The translations under genes were made by a program, and so were the position numbers. A DNA stretch of 64,000 nucleotides. Source: Chiloscyllium plagiosum. Its lineage: Eukaryota. Positions 25,657 through 39,384 of this stretch are shown piece after piece (the stretch's first letter is position 1; every line of letters begins with the position of its first letter). A model generated the notes under the pieces. The model made no database searches, was not told where the DNA came from, and saw only the letters and a list, made by a program, of their open reading frames with translations. Where the stretch lies: assembly GCF_004010195.1 (NCBI RefSeq), contig NC_057718.1:37685592-37749591 (forward strand), given 5' to 3'.

Positions 25657-26768
25657 ATTCATGCTTTAGTTAATTCTTAACTGCAAATTCATCAACATTT
25701 TTGTGTCGGGGCATAGCTATCACTTATCAATTCCAAGGTAGATATCAAAAGCGAATAAACCTCCCCACTGCCCCAAACATGTGCCTAGTAATTTATGGAT
25801 CACATAAACCTGGTAGCTGCTCACAACCAGAACATGAGTCATTGCTTTATTCCAACATTTGGAATTTCATGCTGAGGAGGTTTTGGTTTTAGAAACACAT
25901 ATGAGTTGAAGTCCAATGAATCTTGAGCAGCAACATTAGAGTTGATTCTGTCAATAGGTACTTTTACTACTCATAGGGAAAACTAGGAATTCGGGCTCAT
26001 GATATCCTGAACAACATTCTCTGCAAATGTTACTATGAGCTGGAGAACTCAATTTCAGAATTAGTCTTAACCTCTCTTTTTGTTTCTGGGTGTTGCACTA
26101 GACTTCCAATAATTTTGAAGATTTTATTCAAAATTCCAAATGTTGTAGTTTTCCATTTTACCACAGAGGTGGAGGTTTGGTGGGGGAGTAGGACACCAGC
26201 CAGAGCTCATCTGTTCCTTTCATTCCTTTTTCTTTTTTTCTCTTTTGTATATTTTTTTATTCCTACAATCAGTCATGCTGGACTTTTTAAAATTATTTTT
26301 CAAATTTTTTTTCAGAAGAGCTTGTACTGAATAATCTGTACCTAGGTACCCTATACCGAAGATGGTGCTGCAAATGGCGACTTGTAAACTTTTCACTGTA
26401 TTCATTTGAGTACATGTGACAATAAAGCTAATTTGGTTCAATTCTACTTTGATTTAACTTTCTAAAGGTATCAAAGATAACAACAAAAGGTTTGTATAAA
26501 ACTGTTAATAGAAAGTGTTAAGGGCAAATATTGGAATTTAATTAGACAAACCTATAATTTAAAAAAAGACAGATTTATTAAGTGAACATCTTCAGCTAGA
26601 TCTTTCTCTGGGCTCAGGAAAACCTCACAGCTCACCAACTACACACTTGACCCATATGTGACTTTGCACATCATTTTTGTCTTTTCACACCAGGGTTGCA
26701 GTATATTTTGCAGGCCAGGATGGAGTTTGAGCAGTGTGGTTGTGTAGGCTGACCTGGTAGGAAACCTG

Positions 26769-26987
26769 AGCTGAAAATGTGTTGCTGGAAAAGCGCAGCA
26801 GGTCAGGCAGCATCCAGGGAACAGGAGAATCGACGTTTCGGGCATAAGCTCTTCTTCAGGAATCCTGAAGAAGGGCTTATGCCCGAAACGTCGATTCTCC
26901 TGTTCCCTGGATGCTGCCTGACCTGCTGCGCTTTTCCAGCAACACATTTTCAGCTCTGATCTCCAGCACCTGCAGACCTCACTTTCT
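26769..26987 (+). mobile_element. Family A inverted (foldback) pLTR mini-element with 16-bp TSD
   Basis: Near-perfect ~92-bp inverted arms centred at ~26862. TSD cctggtaggaaacctg at 26753-26768 and 26988-27003. Confidence 0.95.
26860..26897 (+). ncRNA. Minimal type-I hammerhead ribozyme motif, intact core
   Basis: gaatc-CTGAAGA-A-GGGC-ttat-GCCC-GAAA-C-GTC-gattc: 5-bp helix I, 4-bp stem II, ACGU palindrome, GUC cleavage triplet. Confidence 0.75.
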
Positions 26988-27356
26988 CCTGGTAGGAAAC
27001 CTGTTGCAGTTCTCCAACCAAGTATCTCAGCTTCCAATAAAAATTTAAAGGGCCCCTAAATCTCACCATCTACAACCTACAAAGCTCTCCAATTGCACAC
27101 AACAACATACCACTTGTATCTTTCATGCCTTTTCAATTCAGCCATGTCTGCTCAATGCTGCCTATGTTGTCTCCATAGCCACTCACCTAGTAAGAATTTT
27201 CCAGTTCCATGCAATATCAATGGAAGATATTTTACATTCCTCGAAAGAAAAAAACTCTCTTGCCACCTACCACAAGCCACTATATCATTGAATCTGAGAA
27301 AACGGATGCAGTCTGCCATGAGAGAAAAGAATTTATAATACTTTATATCTTATTAT

Positions 27357-27890
27357 AGGAGGTGATGGCCTAGTAGTATCGTCACTAATATTTGAGAGAC
27401 CCAGATAACCTTCTCGGGATTCAGTTACAAATCCAACCTCAGCAGGCAGTGAGATTTGAATTCAATAAAAGTCTGGATTTAAAAGAATAATGATGATCAT
27501 GAAACCATTGTTGATTGTAATAAAAACACATCTGGTTCACTAATATCCTTTAAGGAAGGAAACTACTATCCTTACATGGTGTCACCTACATGTGACTCCA
27601 AATCTAAGAAGTGTGTTTGACTCTTCACTGCCCTCAGAAATCATCGAGCTAGTCACTCAGTTGTATCTTACAGGTAGAATGGAGAATTGGAATGCAACCA
27701 AATGGACTAACTGACTTCAACGCAAAATCCTGGAACTCCCTTCCTGATGACATTCACCTATGAAGCTAATGGACTGCTTCAAGGAGTTTCAAGGAGGTAC
27801 TTACCACCTCCTTCTTAAGGGCAAATAGGGATGGCCAGTAAATATTGGACCAGCAAATGGCACCCCCATTCCATGATTGAATACAAAAAT
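27357..27890 (+). mobile_element. tRNA-related SINE with L2/Crack-like 3' tail
   Basis: Homologous to 60795-61130 and 62125-62441. Its 3' end resembles the end of the LINE at 39385-40010. Confidence 0.65.
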
Positions 27891-29059
27891 TAGCTGGTAT
27901 CAACAAACCAGATAAAAGATAATCTGTTATTGTAGCTTCTTGAAATGACTTCTGTTGTCAGACGAATGGAATGCTTTTGGTTTTGAAACCCTTTAGCTCT
28001 TGAAATTCAGCAAATCATTGATAATGGTCACAGTAGTCCAGAAAATAGGTTGTTCCTTAAATACAGAAATAATGGCATCAAGTTCACTTTTCACCTTCAA
28101 AGCAGAGTGTTTATCAATCAATGTAAGGAATCCAGCAGTTAGACTCTTTTTAAACTAGAATGTAAAAGAGCAGTTGGTTAGATTTCTTTTCCAAACGTCC
28201 AAACCATCATTTTTTAAATCAATCAGTCAGTGCCACATAAAGCACAGTCGAAGAAAATGATAGCAAACAAGAGGTTAAAATATTTGATGCATTTTTTATT
28301 GTAGTATTTCCCATTGAAAAAGACATGTAACGAACATGAACCAAACCACAAAGCTGGTCACTATAACAATCAATTTATCTTTAAAGGATTTTACGATCTG
28401 TGTGATGAATCTCTGTATTAAAATACAATTACAATTCAGCTCCAAATAGTGAAAACACATAGCATTTACCTTTCTCGAGGTTTCAGACTTCTCAGCAGGC
28501 TTTTCATTCTCTTCGCACACTCACAAACCTGATGTGCTTTTGATGAGCTTCCAAAATCCTGCTGCACCAGATGAAAATAATGTGCAGGAGGAAATCTGAC
28601 TTTTGTCACCCATTTAAAATGTGAAACCTGACCTCAGCCAGTGCAGGCACATGTTTTGCAAAATAGATTTTCCCCATCCTCTAACAGGCCAGAGGAAATG
28701 ACACGGAGTTACGAATATGGAAGAAAATCAATATCTCCCCCCACTCCCAAAAAATGTAAATGTAGCACCAAAACATGCCTCTGACTCCAAGTAAAAATTT
28801 GGCCACTTGTGTTGATTTTCATTGTGGACAAAAAAAGGCCAAATACTAGCCATATCAGAGGAAGAAATTTGTGGAAAAGTGTAGGTGAATCAGAAACAGT
28901 CAGCATGAATTTGTAGAGGATAAGTCACATTTGACTATAGTAACATGTGATACTGCACCTCCCCTAATCTATTCCCACCCGCCATCATTAACGACCATTA
29001 TTGTTTTGTGTAATCCGCCAACACCACTGCATCCAAGCTCTAAAGTTCAAGACTAAAGG

Positions 29060-29560
29060 GAGACTAACTCCTCAATGTTAAGGCACCTTTGTGCAGGACC
29101 TCTTTTGGGCTGCCACGGAATGACAGAAATTGCTGTTTTCCACATTTGACAATGTACAACCCTTCGGCCTGACCACACCAACCTGGATGAAGACTGAAGA
29201 GGAGATGGACAACCATTAGACCCAGACAGGAATCTGGATCCAGCTTAGGAGGCAAGGAAATGACCTTCTCCAATCCACTAGGGTGAGTTGCAGCATCACA
29301 AGTACCAAAGGGTCTCTCATGACGACATGAATTAATGTAACATTGCAAGTGGGTGGCTAAGTCAAGCAGATAAATGTGTGAAAGCTTCAGTGCCAGATGT
29401 AAACTGAACTCAAAATGCGTGGAAGTTTGACTTACATGAGTGGCAACATACAACTAGGGAACCCAGTGTGATGGGGATTCTGAGATAAGGGAGATAGGTG
29501 TCACTTGACATGACACTAAATCTGCTTGTTGCCATGCAGGATAAACAGACCCACAACTCT
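29060..29560 (+). pseudogene. Decayed Harbinger-type Myb/SANT ORF remnant
   Basis: EEMDNH*TQTGIWIQLRRQGNDLLQSTR is followed by a gtgag donor (~29283); a later cag|gataaacagacccacaac reads DKQTHN. Confidence 0.4.
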
Positions 29561-30863
29561 CACAGGAAGTTCACGAGGGTGTGTTGCACTCGCAGTCAGA
29601 TGATCCAACGTGATTCTTTTAGTTCACCATTATAGGAGTTCCCTATCACCAAGCCTGAGGACTCTACCTCTGGGGATGACAGCACCATTATCTATCATTT
29701 CCACAACCTCCAGCAATGCATTCACAGCCACATAGAGGGTTTGCTTTTAGAATCGGGGTCACAATATGGTGGTCACAGCGCAGATATGCTGCAGAGGCTG
29801 AGGAAGGTCCACTAGCAGTCTCAGAACGATCCCATTTTAATGACTGGCCTCTCTGGTGGTGGTCATAATAAACCTCCTTGTTTTTACCTATAATAAACCT
29901 CCTGGCCGTGCAGCATAAGAAAGGGGTACATATAGCAGAGATGGCAGAGCTTATGCTGGCTTTGTAGGGCCATTAGAGGATTCCACAGAAGCCATGATTT
30001 CTGCCTTTTTCTCAGATAGTTGGCAACTATCATGGAGAACCTGGTTGAGTACTCAGCCCAAGCGCACTCTGACCAACAGTCCATCACTGTAGTCATGGGC
30101 ATGATGCACACATAGGTAAGGAGGAGGGAGAATGAGGCATCTGAACCTCACTGTAGCCTGTTAGAGACATTGGGGACTGTTACCAACCCAGGAAGAGTAC
30201 ATACCCCCACCTCTCAAGGCATGGTTTGACTTAATCCCCTCCAACATTGATCCCATTGCCCCAGCAGACAAAACCAAGAAGAATGTGCCTGAAACAGTGC
30301 AGGAGACCCTCATTGGCCAGAAGCTCTCCAGGCCTAGGATCTTCAGATGATGCCCACCACAGTTCTCAAACTTATCTGCTGATGTTAGGGTTGCACCAAG
30401 ATATCACAACCTTGAGCATAAGCATAAGACTTAAAATTGGCAACAGAGCCTTTGCATTAGCTCTATTATATTCATGTGTACATCCATCAGTTATTACTAC
30501 TGGCTCAGACAGAGAGCTTAATCTTTGGCATGTCTCATTGTTGGCAAAGGTTGATAATTCCAGGGGAGTTGGGGACATTTCTTTGATTGTAGAGAAAACA
30601 ATGTGTGTTTACATTCAGTTTCCATCCTGCAGGGCCATGTTTTACAATGCAATGCAGATCACAATTATCTATTTATGTATTTTATTCACTCGGAATGTGG
30701 TCATTACTGGTTGGGCCAGCATTTATTGCCCATCACTAATTGCCTTGGAGAAGATGGTAGTGAGCTTCCTTCTTGAACCTCAGCAATCCTCATAAAAAAT
30801 AACATCATGTCCAACGAAGTCAGCGAAAGTACATTTTCAGCAAGCTAATGGTTAGTCCAATGA

Positions 30864-30982
30864 GGTGGAGGTGCCAGTGTTGGACTGGGTAGAAAAAGTA
30901 AAAATCTCACAATGCCAGATTAGAGACCAACAGGTTTATTTGGAAGTGCTAGCTGTCGAAGCGCTGCTCCTTCATCAGGTAG
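30864..30982 (-). mobile_element. Family B pLTR with mutated hammerhead (GAAA to GACA)
   Basis: Minus strand reads CTGATGAAGGAGCAGCGCTTCGACAGCTAgcacttccaaataaacctgttgg. Confidence 0.8.
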
Positions 30983-31077
30983 TAAGTTTAATGTTAGCAT
31001 TCATTTCGAGAGGGCTAGAATACAAGAGCAGGGATGGACTGCTGAGGCTGTATGAGGCTCTGGTCAGACCATAGTGT

Positions 31078-31905
31078 CAGAGAGTCATAGAAATGTACAG
31101 CACAGAAACAGACCCTTCCATCCAACCCATCCATGCAGACCAGATATCCCAACCCAATCTAGTCCCATCTGCCAGTACCTGGCCCATATCTCTTCAAACC
31201 CTTCCTGTTCATATAGCCATCCAGATGCCCTTTATATGTTGCAATCATATTAGCCTCCAGCACTCCCTCTGGCAGCTCATTCATACACGTGCCTCTGTGT
31301 GAAAACATTGTCCCTTAGGTCTCTTTTATATCTTTCCCCTCTCAACCTAAACCTATGCTCTCCAGTTCTGGACTCCCCCCAACACAGGGAAGAGACTTTG
31401 TCTATTTATCCTATCCATGCCCCTCATGATTTTATAAACCACTGTAAGGTCACTCCTCAGCCTCCGACGCTCCAGGGAAAATAGCCCCAGCCTATTCAGC
31501 CTCTCCCTATAGCTCAAAATCTCCAACCCTGGCAACATCCTTGTAAATCTTTTCTGAGCCCTTTCAAGTTTCACAACATTTTTCTGATAGGAAGGAGACC
31601 AGAATTGCATACAATAGTCCAACAGTGGCCTAACCAATGTCTTGTACAACTGCAACATGACCTTCCAACTCCTATACTCAATACTCTGACCAATATAGGA
31701 AAGCATACCAAACCCCCTCTTCACTATCCTACCAACCTGCGACTCTACTTTCAAGGAGCTATGAATCTGAACTCCAAGGTCTCTTTGTTCAGCAACACTC
31801 CCTGGGACCTTACCATTAGGTGTATAAGTCCTGCTAAGATTTGATTTCCCAAAATGCAGCAACTTGCATTTATCTAAATTAAACTCCATCTGCCATTGGC
31901 CCACA
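31078..31905 (-). mobile_element. CR1 LINE 3' fragment
   Basis: ORF 31353..31952 reads WQMEFNLDKCKLLHFG...LYKTLVRPLLDYCMQFWSPSY...RRRLRSDLTVVYKIMRG; tail at ~31080. Confidence 0.92.
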
Positions 31906-32032
31906 TTTGCAAATATTATAATTTGAACCCTCCAGTCCCAGTCCCCACTCACTGTGAACCTTTTCTACACCATTTCCAATTTAATAACATTCTTCCTATA
32001 GCAAGATGATCAGAACTGTGCACAATACATCC

Positions 32033-34620
32033 AGGGAAGTTATTTGGGTGGAACGGAGAAATAAGAAAGGGCCTTATTGGGATTGTATTATAGACCCCCT
32101 AATAGTCAGAGGGAAATTTAGAAACAAATTTGTCAGGAGATCTCAGTTAACTGTAAGAATAATAGGATGGTTATGGTAGGGGATTTTAACTTTCCAAACA
32201 TAGACTGGGACTGCCACAGTGTTAAAAGTTTAGATGGAGAGGAATTTGTTAAGTGTGTACAAGAAAATTTTCTTATTCAGTATGTGGATGTATCTACTAG
32301 AGAAGGTGCAAAACATGACCTACTCTTGGGAAATAAAGCAGGTGACTGATGTGTCAGTGGGGGAGCACTTTGGGGACAGTGACCCTAATTTTACTAGTTT
32401 TAAAATAGTATGGAAAAGGATGGACCAGATCTAAAAGTTGAAGTTCTAAATTGGAGAAAGGCCAATTTTGATGGTATTAGGCAAGAACTTTCAAAAGCTG
32501 ATTGGTGGCAGATGTTCGCAGGTAAAGGGACAGCTGGAAAATGGGAAGCCTTTAGAAATTAGATAATGAGAGTCCAGAGAAAGTATATTCCTGTTCGGGT
32601 GAAAGGAAAGGCTGGTAGGTATAGGGAATGCTGGATGACTAAAGATATTGAGGGTTTGGTTAAGGAAAAGGAAGCATATGTCAGGTCAAGACAGGATAGA
32701 TCGAGTGAATCCTTAGAAGAGTATAAAGGCAGTAGGAGTATACTTAAGAGACAAATCAGGAGACATGAGTAAAACGGGGACATGAGCTAGCTTTGGCAAA
32801 TAGATTTAAGGAGAATCCAAAGGGTTTTTACAAATACAATAAGGACAAAAGGTTAACTCGGGAGAGAATAGGTCCCCTCAAAGATCAGCAAGACAACTTT
32901 TGTGTGGAACCGCAGGAGATGGGGCAGATACGAAACAAATATTTTGCATCAGTATTTACTGTGGAAAAGGACATGGAATATACAGAATGTAGGGAAATAG
33001 ATGGTGACAACTTTAAAAATGTCCATATTACAGAGGAGAAAGTGCTGAATGTCTTGAAATGCATAAAAGTGGATCATTCCCCAGGACCTGATCAGGTGTA
33101 CCCTAGAATTCTTTAGGAAGCTAGGTAAGTGATTTCTGGGCCTCTTACTGAGATGTTTGTATCATGGATAGTCACAGGTGAGTGCCAGAAGACTGGAGGT
33201 TGGCTAATGTGGTTCCATTGTTTAAGGAAGGTGGTAAGGATAAGCTAGGGAACTAAAGACCAGTGAGCCTGACATCTGTGGTGGGCAATTTGTTGGAGGG
33301 AATTCTGAGGGACAGGATGTTCATGTATTTGGAAAGGCAAGGACTGATTAGGGATAGTCAACATGGCTTTATGCATGGGAATCATGTCTCACAAACTTGA
33401 TTGAGTTTTTTGAAGAAGTAACGAAGAGGATTGATGAGGGCAGAATGGTAGATGTAATCTATATGGACAAAGGTGTTTGACAATGTTCCCCATGGGAGAT
33501 TGGTGAGCAAGGTCAGATCTCTTAGAATACAGGGAGAACTAGCCATTTGGATACAGAACTGGCTCAAAAGTAGAAGACAGAGGGTGGTGATGGAGGGTTG
33601 TTTTTAAGATTGATGGCCTGTGACCAGTGGAGTGTCACAAGGATCGGTGCGGGGTCCTCTACTTTTCATCATTTAAATAAATGATTTGGATGTGCGCATA
33701 AGAGGTATAGTTAGGAAGTTTGCAGATGACACCAAAATTGGAGGTGTAGTGGACAGCGAAGAAGGTTACCTCAGATTACAACAGGATCTTGATCAGATGG
33801 GCCAGTGGGCTGAGAATTGGCAGATGGAGTTTAATTCAGATAAATGTGAGGTGCTGCGTTTTGGGAAAGCAAATCTTAGCAGGACTTATACACTTAATGG
33901 TAAGGTCCCAGGGAGTGCAGGTTCATAGCTCCTTGAAAGTGGAGTCCCACGTAGATAGCAAAGTGAAGAAACCTTTTGGTATGCTTTCCTTTATTGGTCA
34001 GAATATTGAGTACAGGAGTTGGGAGGTCATGTTGCAGCTATACAGGACATTGGTTAGGCCACTGTTGGACTATTGCATGCAATTCTGGTCTCCTTCCTAT
34101 TAGAAAGATGTTTTGAAATTTGAAAGGGCTCAGAAAAGATTTACAAGGATGTTGCCAGGGTTGGAGACTTTGAGCTATAGGGAGATGTTCAATAGGCTAC
34201 GGCTGTTTTCCCTGGAGCGTCGGAGGTTGAGGGCTGACCTTACAGTGATTTATAAAATCATGAGGGGCATGGATGGGATAAATAAACAATGTCTTTTCCC
34301 TGGGGTGGGGGAGTCGACAACTAGAGGTCATAGGTTTAGGGTGAGAGGGGAAAGATATAAAGGAGACCTAAGGGGCAACGTTTTCACTCAGAGTGTGGTA
34401 CATGTATGGAATGAGCTACCAGAGGAAGTGCTGGAGGTTAGTACAATTGCATCTATTTTAAAAGCATCTGGATGAGTATATGATTAGGAAGGATTTGAAG
34501 AGATATGGGCCAGGTGCTGGCAGGTAGGACTAGATTGAATTGGGATATCTCATCAGTATGGATGAGTTGGACCAAAGGGTCTGTTTCCGTGCTATACATC
34601 TGTATGACTCTATGACTGTA
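32033..34620 (+). mobile_element. CR1 LINE ORF2 (end of AP endonuclease plus RT) and 3' UTR; 5'-truncated, with stops and frameshifts
   Basis: VGDFNFPNIDW, KENPKGFYKY, SPGPDQVYPRIL, KFADDTKIGG, VWNELPEEV; tail tatgactctatgac. Confidence 0.95.
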
Positions 34621-35972
34621 TGAATACTATGTTCCAAAAGTGGCCTCATCAATGTCCTGTGCAACCTCATCGTGCCTTCCAAATTCCAAATGCTGGAGCC
34701 AATAAGGCAAATTTGCCAAAACACCACATTGTATGGACAAAAGAGCACATCACTCCAGGCTCCAAAGAAATAGTTCCACTGCAACTACTCAAAAGGCTTT
34801 TAATTGTTCACATTACTTAATTTTAAAGTTTTTCAGATTGAGAATGTCCAACTAAATTTAAAATACTAAAGCTGGATATTATGTAGAAGAACTCACACTC
34901 ACTGGGAAGCGGATTGTAGCAGGCAGACTTATTTCACTTCAAACATATTTTAATAGTCCTCCAGGGACGATGTGTGGGAATGAAAAAGCTCAATGGTTTA
35001 AGTGCTATCTTCTAGCCCCAAGAGTCCTTTCAGTAGTTCTCGGCTACATCTGGAATTGGTGCTAAGTGATGTATATTTCCAACCTAAATGAATTATGCCT
35101 CCTGTTCGTTGTGTACCTAACAACTGCAGTTCATGGGGATTATAAAGAAAAACAGCGTTGTTTCACAATCTGAAATAAAGACCGGAAAATGCTGGAAATA
35201 TATAGTGACCAGGGAGCATGTTAAAACAAAAGGCAGTTTTAACATTTTGTTTGAGACTCACCATGAGAAGCTATTGTGACTCATTCTGACAATGTTCTAT
35301 GTTCTATACTCTCTTGTATTATCCCTTGCTCCTTCTCTTAAGCAAAGCTATAACATTCATCCTTCAAAGTATTAGCATTTAAATGAAGAGTCAAATCAGA
35401 GTCAAGGCATTAACTCTGTTTCTCTCTCCACAGTTGCTGCCAGACCTACTGAATTTCTCCAGCACTTTCAAATCTCCAACATCCCATATTTTGCTTTTGT
35501 TTTAGTGTAACATTCATCATCCTCCAATTTTTGAACTCTACTCACTTTCCAAAAAATGCAAAAGCAAAATTATTTTGCGAATATTTTTTAAATGTTTAGA
35601 AACAGGTAAATAAAAAAAACCTCTTACGCTAGAAGTAATTTATCGATGCTATATCTCTTTCAGTTTTCTGACGACAAACATGTGCATTCCACATTTGGAA
35701 TAGAAAGGTTATTTTTGCGTTTCAATTGCAATCTTTGATTTTGCTAAGATTTTATCATGCTGTTTAATGCAACTTATGAAACGTCAATAACGAATTACTG
35801 AAGAAATTTCGTATTAAGAACAAAAATCCCTGAACCATTAGTCAGATAATTTAGCTTTATGTGGTAGTTCTTTTCATTTAAGAAGCTCATTCCAAACATA
35901 TTTGCAGAAAACATTAATTTGTGTCTGGAGAAGCTCCTGACTTTGTCAAATAACAAGCTTAAAAAAGGCTGT

Positions 35973-36109
35973 CTAGATTAGAGTGGTGTTCTAATCCGAG
36001 GAGCAGGGAAACTGACGTTTCGGGCAAAAGCGCTTCCTCAGGCTGTGCTTTTCCAGCACCACTCTAACCTTGACTCTAATCTCCAGCATCTGCAGTACCC
36101 ACTTTTGCC
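35973..36109 (+). mobile_element. Family A-variant inverted pLTR with internal deletions; ~15-bp imperfect TSD
   Basis: cttaaaaaaaggctgt before and cttaaaaaatggctgt after. Minus-strand hammerhead-like core at 36014-36041. Confidence 0.7.
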
Positions 36110-36151
36110 CTTAAAAAATGGCTGTTGACTACAAAATTATTAGTTTTATCC

Positions 36152-37452
36152 TGATTTGGAGTGCTGGTGTTAGACTGGGGTGTACAAAGTTAAAAATCAC
36201 ATAATACCAGGGTATAGTCCAACAGATTTAATTGGAAGCACTAACTTTCGGAGCACTGCTTCTTCCTCAGGTGGTTGTGGAGGACACAATTGTAAGACAC
36301 AGAATTTATAGCAAAAGTTTACAGTGTGATGTAACTGAAATTATACATTGAAAAATACCTTGATTGTTTATTAAGTCTCTCATCTGTTAGAATGACCATG
36401 TTAGTTTCACTTCTTTCATATGTAAATCACAAAAATTTCTTTTAAAAGTTACATTCTCAGGTTAACTGTAACAATTGGTGTCAGCCCAGATAATGTGTTG
36501 AAGGTGTTAGTCCCCTGTATGCTGTTGTCTGTGCCATAATGTTTAGACTGATTCTAATCTAAAAAATGAGTTAACAGAGTCTTACATGGATTTATGCAGT
36601 TCCTGTGTGTGTGTGTATAGTGCGATGGTGGTCACCTGTAGTGTGACATGAACCCAAGGTCCCGGTTGAGGCCCTCCCAATGGGTACCGAACTTAGCGAT
36701 CAGCCTCTGCTCGGCCACTTTTCGCTGCTGCCTGTCCCGAAGTTTGCCTTGAAGCATGGTCACCCAAAGTGTTCTCCAACTGGGAGGGAACACTCCTGTC
36801 TGTTGATTATTGTGCAGTGCCCATTCATCCGTTGCTGTAGCCTCTGCTCAGTTTCCCCAATGTACCATGCCTCAGGGCATCCTTGCCTGCAGCGTATGAG
36901 ATAGACAACGTTGGCTGAGTCACATGAGTATCTGCCATGTACATGGTGGGAAGCGACCCCATGCATAATGGTGGTATCCATGTCCACACTCTGACACATC
37001 TTGCAGTACCTACTATGATAGGGCTGTGTGGAGTTGTCCTGAAATCTAGGCAGTTTGCTACGAACAATGATCTGTTTGAGGTTTGGTAGCTGTTTAAAGG
37101 TGAGTAGTGGAGGTGTGGGGAAGGTCTTGGCGAGGTGCTCATCCTCATTGATAATATGTTGCAGGTTGCGAAGAACATGGGTAATTTTTCAGCTCCTGGG
37201 AAGTACTGGATAACGAAGGGTCCCCTGTCGTTTGTGCCATGTGTCTGTCTCCTGAGGCAGCCATTACGGTCATTCTAACGGATGAGAGACCTAACAAACA
37301 ATCAAGGTATTTTTCAATGTGTAATTTCAGTGACATCACACTGTAAACTTTTGCTATAAATTCTGTGTTTTACAATTGTGTACTCCATAACCACCAGGTA
37401 GTGCTTCCAATTAAACCTGTTGGACTATAACCTGGTTTTGGGTGATTTTTAG
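36152..37452 (-). mobile_element. Penelope-like family B element: GIY-YIG remnant, 3' pLTR with tail, and inverted 5' pLTR (37283-37452)
   Basis: ORF 36760..36999 reads YSCDSANVVYLIRCRQGCPEAWYIGETEQRLQQRMNGH...PVGEHF. Hammerhead core 36242-36270. Flanks ttagtt(t)tatcc are duplicated. Confidence 0.92.
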
Positions 37453-39384
37453 TTTATCCCGGAATAGGAGACAGAGCATTGACAGTACCTTGTGGTGGTC
37501 ACTGAATGCAATTAGCCCATTCAAAATCCTCTGTTCCTCAATTGAATAAGCCTGCTTAGACAAACACAAATGCTTGTCATCAGCTCTCAGATTAATGGTA
37601 CCAGTCACCCACCAACAACAGACAGAATGTACAAAATAAATGATTCCTTGCAAATTGGAAGGGATTGTAATAACTCAGTTAGAATAACATTCTTTTATCT
37701 ATAGAACCTGGAATTAGTCTGAAGGGTTGAAAGCTCTTTGTTTCTGTTAACAGTGATGTTTGCATTAGAAATTTGTGAATTCTGTATCTAGCTCTTAATG
37801 GCATAATATCCACACATAAAAAGGCCTATATGCCAATGGAAATTGGCATAAACTGACAATAGAAAGGTACATGAGAGAGATGGAAAAGCCATATTCAAGT
37901 AGTAAGAATGTTTTGCTGTGGTTGGATTGCATCATGTTGTAAGATAATGTAGAAAGGCATTTTTCTTCAGGTCTAAACAATATGATGCTTTATCTGAATG
38001 TATGTGATACTGACACTAGGTGGTAAACACACTATGCCAGGTGCTCACATCACATCACAATGGAAATAAAAGAGTAAGCATCACAGAAGTAGTAGAGAGA
38101 AAATCAAGTGATTTCAATGAAAAGGCTGAGATCATCATCAGGAATCCTTTCATTTGTGTTGAATGTTATATTTTATTGCAACCTTTTAATTTGCATATGC
38201 ATTCTTAAGGATTTCATTTCTGGTAGAGCACGGTATATTGTTGCCATCTGATATTGGCATATCGGGCATTAGGTAGTTGATGGCTAGTGCTGCCATCAAT
38301 CCACCATTCTCTGCTGAGTGTAAGGGCCAGTCAAACTATCAGTGAACTGATGAGTCTTAACATGGGCTTGCACTTTTCTTATGGAACAATGAGTAGCTTA
38401 AATCATGATAATAATAGGTGCAAGTTACATTAACTAGTTAGACTTTGGTCATAATTTACCCTTCCTTGAGCAACATGGGCAAAGGTGTGAAGGTTTGGAA
38501 AGTATGACAAGAAAGAAAGATCAGAATCTCGACGTTGAGAAACAATTTCCATATTTCCCATCCAGCTTTATACAGTGACTTCAGAATAACATGAAGATCA
38601 ACAACATCCTCTGAGGTTGACGATGAAGATGAGAATCAGAACATTGATCGGGATGGATATCCAACAGAAGCCAGGGACAAGCTAACTGACAGGCAATTCC
38701 AGGATGAATTTGTCTAATTATTTAATATTCTGGTGGTTACATGACATTAACCCAGTCTTAGTACAAACAACACGTGGACCTAATTATTTTTGCAGTCCTT
38801 GACCTTCTTTGAGCCGAATAAATGATTAGTCATCCATCTGATTGTATGCTTGATGTCTTCACATGATCAAATTTTCAAGTCTCGACACATTATGGGACCT
38901 ACTGATCCTAATATGCAGCAGTCAATGAGAGAGTGCACTAACATCACATGGTGACCGGGTTACACTTTAAGGCTGAAATCAGAGTGGTACACTGTAAAGT
39001 TTTCCATGTTGGGGAGCAGGTGGAGGGTAATGCCGAGGAATCTCTTTTTGACTTTTCCATTATCAGTAACCCTTCAGTGTTTCAGAGTGAGTGTAGACTG
39101 TTAAGTTGCCTTGAAATACTTGAACACCCTGAAGGACAGCTTTGGAAGAGAGGCACTTTGTACAGCTTTCCACAGTAGGCAAATGCACTATGAGGGAGCA
39201 TGGACTGTGAAAAACTGGTGCATAGAAATAATATATCCCTCCAGAGCTGGATAGGATCATCACTCGTTCTCTATTCTCACTGACAAGGTGGGTGTAAGTG
39301 TGGGAGATATATGAAGGCCAAGTCCTATCTAATATTCTTACAATTCGTTAACTAACAGACCAGAACCTCAACTGGGCTTACCAC

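Noticed and set aside
26777..26959. Recurrent peptides MCCWKSAAGQAAS / EEGLMPETSILL as a small protein family
   Set aside because: These are translations of the non-coding pLTR and hammerhead, appearing on both strands because of the palindrome.
26769..26987. MITE / DNA transposon or miRNA precursor interpretation of the palindromes
   Set aside because: The asymmetric tail, variable 10-16 bp TSDs, variable centres and attachment of the same sequence to PLE ORFs (6240-7069, 36152-37452) favour a PLE origin.
30247..30795. 182-aa ORF (and 168-aa ORF at 62431-62937) as host genes
   Set aside because: No recognisable domain; they run across or abut repeat boundaries and have no splice support.
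35165..35500. Older inverted PLE pLTR family
   Set aside because: It resembles the family A tail (ttgctgccagacctactgaatttctccagcac), but the core and TSD are not resolvable.
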